DNA from: Enoplolaimus lenunculus
Lineage: Eukaryota
Direction: 5' to 3'
Length of the DNA stretch: 64,000 nt
Assembly (NCBI GenBank): GCA_030248215.1
Contig: JASANG010001737.1
Span: 558,001 to 622,000 of the forward strand
The notes under the pieces were generated by a model. The model saw only the letters and a program-made list of their open reading frames with translations, was not told the DNA's origin and did not search any database. Shown piece by piece: positions 13,201-25,400 of the stretch (positions are counted from its first letter, which is position 1; each line of letters starts with the position of its first letter). The position numbers and the translations under genes were made by a program.

Positions 13201-16200
13201 ACGCATTTATCAGTTAACTGCGCTGCAGAACCTATTTCGTGCCCACACGCAAGTAGTCAACCTTGTTGTTGGATCCGCTTGCGTCCGCCTATAGGCAGAT
13301 GAGCAAATGAATGACAAGCATAAAAGCCAGGATTGTTGGCCGGAAAAAATTACTGGAACAAGAACGGTTATTTTTCATTTTTATCCATTTTTTCCGATGG
13401 GTGTGGAAAACAATGGAAAAAATGGAAAAATATTAAACGATTTTTAAATATAGTTTGCAACTGAATATGATACAAAATAACGTTTTTATATGAAATGTAA
13501 CTAATTTTGTCAACAGTCGGGCCAAAGTTGGGTCGCTCAAACTTGAACGCTTGCAATGATCAGGGGATTTCATTAGAAGCTCAAATACTTATACAAAAAG
13601 TTTTAAAATGCAAGCATTGTCGGGCAAACGCCGGCTAGGGAGCGATGGGATAACCGATCACTCAGACAAAGAATGAATTTTTTCTCATTTTTTCCATTTT
13701 TTCCGGAACAAAATGCAAAAAAATTCACTTTTCCCGGCCACAATTTTTTCCCGAAAAAACCCTGATAAAAGCACTTGTTTATGAATTTTGGTTGTTTGTA
13801 ATTAGTATGAGCGAACATTTTAGTTATTTGTCCTGCTCCGGTTCCAATCGCTAACGCAACATTCACAACAAGCAGTACTCCAGTATACGACGGACAAACT
13901 ATCCAGTACAGTTGTGATACGAACTATTGGTTACAAGGCAACGCTACATTGACCTGTCAACATGATGGAACCTATGATTTTAGTGAACCTGATTGTAAAA
14001 GTGAGTAATAACCGCGTATGCTGAAATAGTTTAGGGAGCTTTAACGCCATGCTCACATGAATGGTTTCTATCTCGTTTGAAATTTAATTTCATGCTGCAC
14101 ACAAAAAAGTATTTGTGAATTTATTCAGAAAAGTATTTTCTGTGGCAAATCTGAAAAATTTTTTTCTGATATTTAAAACAATTTTTCTAAAAATAACTGG
14201 AAAACGTTTATTTTGTGAATTTATTTCAAAGCTTTTTTGAAAACTTTTCTGTTATAACAGAAATACTTTTCAAGTGCACCTTGCTAATTATAATTCTTAA
14301 ATGTAAGAAATTTTTTGTTAAATATCAGAAATATTATTTTGAGTGTATAATTCGAACATCGGACTTTCGGGCAAATGGCGTTATCCATCACCCCTCAGCT
14401 CTTTTTTAATTATTGAATCTTTGATATTTTAAAATTGATGAAGAAAAGCTTGATGATGTATTTCAACTCTACTGCCATCATAGTATAGTTATGTCGTAGC
14501 ACACGGCGTAATTCAGCGCAATTCCGATTTGGGCAAGGGCGGTATTTACGACTTGGGCTGCGACATATATAGTTTCAAAAATTTTTCTTTTTTTTGTTCA
14601 TTTATTCTTGTAGCCAGCCCAACTTGATGGAGAGGTCAAAAATTTGCTACAGGGCAGACGGGCATTTTGCACAAATTTCAAGCAGAACCAAACCGTTTTC
14701 ACGGAGCAAAATATTTCTGGTACGAGCAGAATTCGTCCTGTTCACCAATTTGGCTACGGACATCGAGTTCGACCATCACTACGTTATGCCTTTTCATTGT
14801 ATTTCAGGAATATGTTACCCGGATTCAATCAACTATGGTTCACGCAACGATTCTACTACACCAGTTATCGAAGGATCTACCGTAACCTACAGTTGCGTTG
14901 ATCCGTCGACCAGGGCGATTCTTGGCGAAGCCGTTCTTCTGTGCTTAGATTCAGGGCTGTTCGATTATCCGACACCGTCTTGTGAATGTATGTGTGAGAC
15001 TTTGATTGAAAAATTGCACTGCAATCGACCAGGGTTGACGTTTGAAATCCGTTCAAAGTGTAGCTAAGTAATTTTGCACAATTGTCGTTGTGTCTTCACA
15101 AGTGCGTGCAATGTTTGTATTAAGCATTCGGTTTTGACGTTGATAAATTCGAAACAGACCAGAGTCGTTGGGAGACAGGGCCATCGGATCATTGCGCCCA
15201 GTATGGGTGTTTTTGAAATAACAAAATTATGTTAGTTGCGGCAACTTGACCTATGTATCTTTCGATATTTGCTGATCTAATTGAGGTGGTCGTCAACTTT
15301 TTGGCTACGCTCATGTTTCAGAACAGTCAATTACTCGTGCATGTCGAGTTCATATTAAACTTATATAATTTGCAGTATTTTGTAATGATCCAACGCCGGT
15401 TGGAAATGCTACGGTTACTGTAAGTGGCTCGCCGATATTTGCTGGTGTCAACGCAACGTACGAATGTATGCCAGGATATTATTTAATTGGACAAAATGTA
15501 CTGATATGTCAGCCAAACGCTACTTATAATTCAGTTGAACCAATCTGCTACAGTGAGTGTAACTTATATTTTGTGTTTTTTAGTAACCAGCTATTTGGGC
15601 CAATAGCCAGAGGTGGGTCAGAAAGCGTGTCCATAGGTCGAGGTGTTGAGCCACGCAGGCACAGGCATCTCCGGAAAACTTTAAAACTTTCCTAGAAATG
15701 TTTCAGTTACGGGCCCATGTAAACATCAGGGGTGGAATGTTTTTCTATGGAACTAGAATACAGTAAGCTTAAGGTTTAGATTAATTTTCTTGCCTGGATT
15801 AAGCTTAGGCAGTTGCTTAAGTTTAGGAATATGCTCACTGTTACGCTTAGACTTAGGCTTTAGGCTTTAGGCTTAGGAATATGCTTATAATACTGTTCCG
15901 CTCCTGTTGTTTACTTTGGTCCAGTTCCGGATGTAAGTTTTGTCACATTGGTTGCGCAATTTGTTTCACGACAAATTCAAATCTGTGGTATTTTTATTAG
16001 CAAGAATATTTAATTACCTCGTTGTACTGAAAATGTATTCCTCTTGATTCATTGTTGCAAAATGCACAAGGAATACAATAAATTGTACGGCATCACAAGA
16101 GTTTAAACAATAAGTTTTAACGACCCATGTAAAGATCACTGGCGGAACGTTTTTCTACAGGACTGCAATAGAGTAAACTTAAGCGTTAATTATTTGTTTA

Positions 16201-16406
16201 CGCTTAGGCTATGAAATATGGCTTATACTACTGCTACGGCTCTGTTCTATACATTAACTCAAAGCCTGTAGCTGGCCAACTGGTCGTTGCAACGATTTTG
16301 AAACTAATTTATACATCGAATTTACACACGTCTGTATATTTTGCAAATGTTCCGCTTAATATTTTGTATTTGGCCACATTTTGGCAAAATGCCAGATTTG
16401 ATTAGC

Positions 16407-16445
<39 letters not shown>

Positions 16446-19400
16446 ATAAGAGTCCAAAATTTCAGAAATTTGCCCGCATTCTTTACCGATTAATAACGGA
16501 TCGTACACTGTTACCAGTTCCCCGATATATGAAAACCAGCAAGTTACGTATTCATGCGATGCAAACTATTGGATGATTGGTGCATCTACGCTGATTTGTT
16601 CGTCCGACGGCAGTTATCATACTGCTAAACCTGTGTGCAAACGTAAGTTTAAAATTTTGTCAAGATATCTGATACGAAAAATATACTCAATATAATTAGG
16701 TAAAGCTGAAATGCCCAGCATACGTATTTTTGGCAACGTTTCAGCATTACTTTGTTTGCAATATTTTCTTGGAACAGAAACGTGACTGTTGTGTGAAAAG
16801 GAAATTTTAATGCAGATTGTTGTGTGGTCGCTAACTTTTGCGCATTGTGCAAGTCCGGCTGACTAGTTGGTTTAATTTTATTTAACAGAGGTTTGAAAAA
16901 GTAACAGCTGAGGCTGACCAAGGGTTGCGCTCTACTTTATTGAGCCGGACACCTGTTAGTTGTTCGAAATTTAACACTAAAAATTTATATTACACACCAT
17001 AGAGATCTGACAGTCGTGTGGAAAAAATTGCGGCCCATGTATATATCAGGGAAAGATCGTTTTCCACAGGACTGCAATAGAGTAAGCTTAAGCTTTAGGC
17101 AGAGTTTTTTGCGTAGGTTTAGGCTCACGCTTAAACTTAGGAATCTGCTTGTACTACTGTTATTGTTCTGTTCTATACAGCCGGCAAAATTGCTAAGTGT
17201 TTACCTCTTTAATTGACAGTAGCGAATGTCAAAAGGGCTCAACCTTCTATGGAAAACACCTTAAAACTTGTGTGGATACACACATATATATATATGTATA
17301 TTTCTAAATATATGTGTGTAACATGATGGTTTAAAATTTTTGATTTTATTACTAGGAATGTGTTATCCACCAGATATCGATTATGGATATCGTATCCATT
17401 CATCAACTCCAGTGATTGAAAACTCAACTGTAACTTTTTACTGTAACGATACGACAGTTCGAGCGTTAAACGGCGAAATGATGCTTGTCTGTCTACCGTC
17501 CGGACAATTTGATCGCGATATTCCGTCATGTGAATGTAGGCAAATTGTAGTATAACTGTTTGCGACAATACTGTTGTCTTTCATGTTGGTTAATGGCGAA
17601 GAATTATTTGATTAGGACTGTGTGTATCACAGCCCGCGTTAAGATAGTCGGCCCCCAGACAGGTCTGAGACGGGAGTTGTCAATTTAACACGAACACCGA
17701 ATATAAATGATGCAAAAAATTTTCAAAATCCGACCACTTTTGACGCAAACGCTCGCAGGGAGATGACGTAAAACGATGACGGACGGCGTTGGACGGGCGA
17801 CGGATGGTGGCGAACGGCGCCGTACGACAAGCATAGCCCCAAACCCATGTCGTAGACGACGTAAGTTTCCACGTTCATGTAAAAATTGTTTTCAGTATTC
17901 TGCACTGAGCCAGTTCAAGTTGGAAACGCAACTGTGGTCGTTGACAGCCGTCCAATATTTGCTGGAGTTAACGCTACTTATCAATGCGTTGAAGGGTATC
18001 ATTTGATTGGTCAAGACGTATTAACGTGTCAACCAAACGCGAAATATAACTCGAACGAACCGTCTTGTTATAGTAAGTGCTACTTCCTACTCCATTCAGG
18101 CGGGTGATGGCACATTTATGAGTAGTTTTTAGGAATAGGCTTATCCATACGCTTATGCTTAAGCTTAGGCTTAGGAATATGCTTATACTACTGTTCCGAG
18201 CCTTAAAGTCGCTGAAGAGTTGTTTCAAAATTTGCGCTCGTCCTGTTTGACATAAGTTTTGCGTCCGTAAATTCTGCGAATCACACTGAACACGAAACAG
18301 TAGGAAATAATGTTACTGGTAGCATAAGCTCCGTGAGGCACTTCATAATTAAAGCCCTTGTCTTGCAATAAATCGGCTATTCTGAGCACGTCAAATAATT
18401 TTTGTTTTACAAATTGATATACTGCATCATACGGCTGATGGACGTGCGTTGGGTACTATGCCACGGTTGGTGACGGGTGACCCACGGTGCCGAGAGTGAC
18501 GTCATCAAAAGTACCACAATTATATCTGTTGGCGGAGCAATGAGGTCGCCAGCATTTAGTTAGTCCTACTTGCCATGGGAAAGTATCAATTATGCTGGAA
18601 GTAGAAGCTCATTCGCTCAAACTTTCAATTTATCTGCTCAGAATCGAATTGTTCGTTATGTTACATACATTATATTATATGTCAATGGAAGCTATAAAAA
18701 TTATAAAGCCCTATTCATACGTGCAAGTTTTTGCAGCAAAAACTTACACGTGCAAATTGCAGGCGCAAGTTTGGTCACAAAGCAGTTTTGAAGTTCTTGC
18801 AGCTGCAAATTATTCACTGAAATTCAAGCTATTTAATTAAATGCGCTCCTGTGAATGCAGTTGCAAGTCGCATGAATTTCGTGCACCTGCATTTGATTGG
18901 TCAATCGGAATGTTCCTTTGAAAATGCTTACAACTGCAAGTATTTCGTGCAAGTTGCAACTGCGAGTTCTCGCTGTAAAAACTTGTACGTGTAAATGGGG
19001 CTTAAAACTGAGCGAAACATACAAATTTCTTTCAAGTCTTGTTAATTTTTAGAAATTTGTCCTACTCCAGTAAACGTCGGAAACGCTAGCTATGTATCTA
19101 CAAGTACCCCAGTATATGACGGAGAGAAAGTGACGTATACCTGTGATTTAAACTATTGGATGCTTGGTGAAGCAATGTTAACGTGCCAATCAGATGGCAC
19201 ATACACAACAAAAGAGCCCGTTTGCCGAAGTGAGTATTGGCTTTAACGGTTTGCAATATGCAGCTTATAATATTGCAAAACGAGACAAGCTCTTGCATCC
19301 TAAGCCTTAGCCTTTTGTTGAGTATATACTTAACCCTTTCTCGCATGAATATTTTCTATTTTCCATGAGACATACTTTTATGCTAGGATTCGAACTCCAG

Positions 19401-22400
19401 TGACTGGAGTGGGAGGCGTATACCATCACCACTCAGCTATCGGAGCTTGACGCTCGAGCCCGAGGGTGCTCTCACGTCTTGTGGTGATTTAGTACTATGT
19501 ATACATGTTGCAATTGTTAAACACGGCACGATATATACTATTTAACGTATATACACTGCGTTGAGTTGCCTATAGGCAACTCAATGTGTGAAGGGGTTAA
19601 GCCTAAGCTTAAAGCCTTAACTTTTAATGTGGAGGAAAGTGTACATGTGCTGAAAATGAAACATTCGAAGCTAGGCACTTGTTCTCTTGTTGCAAACTAC
19701 GACAATTCGTAACCCGACAACTTGGGGCCTCGCTGCATAGAAGATTCAATTTAAGCCGAAGCATAAGACTAAGCTTATGCCTAAGGGTCCAACCCTATCC
19801 TGTTCACGCACTGTGTTATTAGCCTCTTCTTAATCAGGGTAGTCTTCAGACACGATAAGTTCGCAGTGTACACTGCTTGAGTATATGAATTGAAAATGAT
19901 TATACTGTTCCTTGTACTAACATTGGAATTTATGTATTTTTACAGGAATATGCTATCCTGAAGAAATTGATTTTGGGTTTCACAACGACTCGACAGCTCC
20001 AGTGATTGACGGAGCAACTGTGCCGTACCGATGTGATGATCCAACCACACGAGCGGTTCAAGGAGCCGATATTTTGACGTGTACGCCTACGGGATCTTTC
20101 GATCATTCAACGCCGTCTTGTGAATGTAAGGATTGAGTTTAATCAACGGATTTTAATAGTTTCAATGATGTGGTATTAATTGCAAGCAGTTTTTACTGCA
20201 AATAAAATTGCACATTAGCTTAATGCAGATTGCAAAATTGTTGCAGTAATGTTTTCGCTGCACTGTTGTGTAAAACTGAAACTATCTTAGTAATGGAGGA
20301 AAAATTTGAGCGTTGCTTAAGGCCGTATATGGTGTACCATCTGCGCTAGCTGTTTAGACAGAAGCCGTTGTTACCTGCGTACAGGACCGTAGCCAGCTGA
20401 CCGTGCTAGGGGGTTGAAAATTTTTCAGCAGGAGCATACGAAGGAGGATATGGTTGTCTTACAAGCAAGGTTGAAACTTTTCTAGGTGGGCCAAAACGTT
20501 TCCAGTGGCAGCTGATTCCGGTACCTTTTGGCTGCGGACCTGCCTGTGTACCACTTCAGGTCCTTTTGATCACCCAACACCGCTGTGTGAATGCAAGCGT
20601 TGAGTTGAACGGGTGGGCACAGAAAAGTTAAGGGCACGTAAGATAGATAGATAGAATACGATAAGATGACATATATATAAAGTGTGCAGACTGTAAAAGG
20701 CCTATTACACCGTCATCTCTTGTTCAATCTCCTACTGCAGAGCAGACCTAAAGTTCTTGTTTAGATTCTACTAAGCGAATTGAAACAATAAATCATAATA
20801 AACCAAGTTGAGTAAAGTTACCCCTGAAACTCTCGTGCATTTGAAATTTGATAAGCAATCGTGAAAAGATTTATGCATTCGTAGAAGATTTTTTCATCAT
20901 TCGGCTATGAAATGAGACTTCCGAATGCAGTATAGATGTTGTAAGCCAATCTGCCGTTCAGGTCAATTACCAATTGGCCTTGGCCAATTACCAGTTGGCC
21001 TAGGCCAATCTAGTATTCTAAGCAAATAGAAGATTGGCCTAGGCCAAATAGCGATTGCAAAATGTAGCAAAACAACAAAGATGTGAAACCAACGCTGATC
21101 GGTATAACGGTACTGAGCCTGTCCAAACAATCATATCTGATTAGTCTATAAGTTCAATAGCAGTTTAGCTTTAGGCGAAACTGCTGTTGCGCAAAATAGC
21201 AGATCGGCCTAGACAATTTAGTATCCGTCGCTGTCCATCATCGTGCGGTATGGTACGCGAATTTCTCATGTACGATACCCGTATGGTGACGTACGGTGAC
21301 GGACAGCGCCGCACGGATGACGGGCGGTGACGGACGGGACGGGTGACGGACTTGACAGAACAGCATTAAGAAAATTAAAACGTATACCGCAACCCTAAAA
21401 GATATGCTTTTTTCAGTATTCTGCAATAATCCTGCTGAAGTTGGTAACGCCACACACGTTGTAAGCAGTTACCCAATATTCAAAGGGGTTACAGTGACTT
21501 ATCAGTGTGTGACAGGATATCATATGGTTGGCGAGAGCATGCTGACGTGTCAATCGAACGCTACGTATGATTACCCAGTGCCATCTTGTTATAGTAAATT
21601 AGGCTAATGTTAACTGTACGGGCCAGCCTCCTAAGATTAGCGAAACCCTAAGCCTAAGCCTAAGCGTAAACTTAAACCTAACCCTAAACGTAAGCCTTAA
21701 ATTCTAGTTTCTAAGTCCTTCAACCCCCATCTCTCTCTCAGTTGGTAGGCCCTTATTTTTGACATGGGTCGCTAATAGAATTCGAATTTATAATATTTTG
21801 CTATTTTTTGAAAAGACTACGGTGCGGCGTTGAATTTGTCTACAACCCAATATTCAGTTTGGATATTTTCAATTTCGAATTTAAGTTAAATCTTAGACAT
21901 TGATTTTTGAGAATTATTATTCAACCGAACTTTGAAAATTTATGCTCGAATCGAGGCGAGAATTTTATATATCGCGAGATGTCTACAAACCTTTATCCTT
22001 GAAACCCGTGTTTTAAATTAACTTTTGTCAACTTTGCCACATAGTTAAAATAGTTAGGCTTAGGCTTAGAAAAAAGCCTGAGAATGGGTTTAAAATTAAG
22101 CTTAGACTTATAGACATAAGTAAATCTTGTCTTCAGCCAAATCCTAAGCCTAAGTCTAAATATAGGAAGAGTGAAAAAGCAACGTAAAACACCATTAATT
22201 ATTGTTATTTGACGCGAGTCTACCAAATGGAGTTAATGATACCTGCTCGTTACTTTGAATAAAATTTTGCTATAAGAGATGCGATATTACTTTTAGTATA
22301 AGCAGTTCTGTAAAAATCTCCGTTAGTTATGTTAAACACCGGGGCCCATGTAGGGGCGGAACGTTTTTATGTGGGACTTCAATAGAGTAAACGTAAGCTT

Positions 22401-25400
22401 TAGACTAATTTTTTTACTTCGCTTAGGCTTAGGCTTAGGCTTAGGCTTAGGAGTATGCTCATTCGTACGCTTAGTCTTAGGCTTAGGCTTAGGCTTAGAA
22501 ATATGATTATAATACTGTCCCGCCCTGTTCTTCACATAGGCCAACACCGGTGTCACGTGAAAAAATAACTCAAGTTAACTCCACCAATCGCTTTTACCAA
22601 GAGTGGATGATTACTCTTCTAAACAAGTGTGTACAGCTGAGTACATTTTGTGTACACAAGAATGTGCCCAGCGCAATTTACGATTTAAGCCTACCATTTC
22701 CTTATATATTGAGGGGGTAGAAATTTGCGCACACAGAGAAAGTACGTAGTATGCTAATGAAAAAAGTATCCCAATTCTATTCTTGAATAAGTTAGTTTTT
22801 ATCTTCATATGCCTCAAGTGTACCATGTGATATAGACCACCATCCGTTTCGCAAAGTAACAGAGAACAGAGCAAAAATAGAACGCGTGCTGTGGTACGTT
22901 TTGTATCATACAGAACTCCGGTAGTTGCACACTCTTGCCTAAAGAGATTGATCATCCACTCTTGATTATACAATTTCACCAATTTTCACCGTAACCACTA
23001 CCTGATTGTCTTAAAAATGTACTTTTTTAGTAATTTGTCCCGAAGCAACTGTCATTGACAACGCTAATCAAGTAGTGGTCACAGGCGCTCCTGTTTACGA
23101 CGGCCGACAGGTTAAATATACATGCGACACGGATTATTTTATGCTCGGAGTCGCTGCGTTAACTTGCAACTCTGAAGGATTCTACGATAGCGCGGTGCCG
23201 ATATGCAAAAGTATATATACATATATATACATATATATATAATATGTTTGCATGATCGGCCCGTGTTACTTTAAGGGGCGTCCAGGTTTCTGGTGGGTCT
23301 ATAAAAGGCAGGTTTAGATTCTAGATTACATTTTTTTGTTTAGGATTAGGCTTAGGCTTAGGCTTAGGAACTCATTTTTGCAACGCTTAAGCTAAGGCTT
23401 AGGCTCTCCAGGCGTTTTAAGTATAATATAGAAAATTTGCACAAATGTTGCGTTTTTTACACTACTGAACTCTATTTTCGCTTCAGTACACCTATCCCTA
23501 AACATTAAAAATGTTCAATTTCGACGCTGTATTTGTTCGGTAAAGTATTTTATTAATTTATTTTATTGTTTATATTCTTTACAGGGATGTGTTATCCAGA
23601 TCAAACAGCGCACGGGTATCATGTAAACTCGACTGATCCTGTGATTGACGGCTCCAATGTAACGTTTTACTGCGATGACCCAACGACTCGAGCTATTCGT
23701 GGCGAATCCGTTTTGAAATGTTTACCGTCCGGTCAATTTGATCACCCAACTCCGTCTTGTGAATGTAAGTCGCTGGGGTGGGAAGGGGTTCGTTTATCTA
23801 AAGCCATTTTTGATATTTCCAGAAAGCTGAAAAGTTTTTGATATGACAATTTTATTTACCAAAATGTGCTATAAATTTTGCCACCCAAAGAGCGCAGCAA
23901 CTGATCGAGAAACGTAAACAAACAATACTAAGGCGTAATAGAATATAGGAATAAACATCGCGAGCGAAGCGAACGAGAAGCCAAATGTAATGTTGACAAT
24001 TTGTAAGGTACTAATAGCCTTACCGTTTTTTCATATTTTCCCCTATGTACAAATTTCTAGTTTCAAAAAACCGGATATGCCGACCCACCGGTCGCTGTTG
24101 CACCACTTCCAGTTCGTTATCTATTTCGTCCTGCAGTGCACCGGTGCTATCTAAATACCAGATTACTGTAATAAATAGCTTTAATCATGCTTTTACGAGA
24201 TAAAATATTGATTTAATTTAGAGGGTTCCATCGGAATTCCGATTCCGCCTAAAATTCCGACAAAATTTGACTTCCGATTCCGATTCCGGCAGACCGCTGT
24301 TCCGATGCCGGAATTCTGATTGTTCAGTTATGAGTTGTTAAGATGTTTGAACTTAGATTTTGCTTGTTTCGTTTTGTTTCGTTCATTTGCAATTGTTCAA
24401 TTGGTTGTTTCTTAGTAAATATTCCGAGTTGTTACGTGTATTCCAGTCAGCTATATAAACAATTTTTACTGAAACTGTGAACAGTTTACGGAAACAGGCA
24501 TACTGCAACAAAAGTTAAAAGTCATATACCTTTAACTTTTTCTGGTTCCGACAGAAAAATTTTAATTCCGATTCCGATTCCGCTTCCGACAAAATCTTGT
24601 TCCGATTGGAACCTTGTAATAATTTATATCAATTTCAGTATTCTGTAATTCACCAGCAACAATTGCTAACGGTTCATTGACCGTTCAAAGTACACCAATA
24701 TTTCAAGGAGTCACTGCAACGTACGAATGCGCCACTGGATATTTTCTTGTCGGTCAATCCGTGCTTACTTGTCAAGCGGATGCTGTATTTGACGTCGACG
24801 TCCCTACTTGTAAAAGTGAGTTGACCGATTTCGGGTTGTGCTATAAGCTACTGTGTCGGACGGCGCCGCGCGAGCTGACGCACGCCATTATGTGTTGCTA
24901 ACAAAAATATAAGCGAAATCTATTTGGTGGCGTAAGATAATTTTTAATAAATAAATTTTGTCGTGCCACGCACCGACGCTACGGCTTTTGTCTGATATTT
25001 GTAATCCTAAATTTAAAATTTAAAATTTCTAATTTGATAGCGTCGAAATTAACGCGTGGTTGACGATTGCTGCTTGTGTCCATCGGCAACAGGTTAACTT
25101 AATTTTTTAATTTTAGAAATTTGTCCGAATGTCACCCCAGTGGCCAACGGTAGCGTTTTTGCATCATCGAATCCTGTCTACTCGGGTCAAAATTTGACAT
25201 ACTCATGCAACGTGACACACTCGCTTGTTGGTGTCACAGTGATGACGTGTACAGATGACGGCAATTATACTGGACTCGCTCCTGTGTGTAAACGTGAGTG
25301 TTTTATCAAAAAAATTATTCATTTGAGTCATTTTTATTTTCTCTTTAGCGAGTTAATGAATGATTACACTCAAAATAATATTTCTGATATTTAAGAAAAA

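Noticed and set aside
22421..22500. Telomere or interstitial telomere from (TTAGGC)n
   Set aside because: Runs are short and almost always inside recognisable MITE copies, many with TIRs and TSDs.
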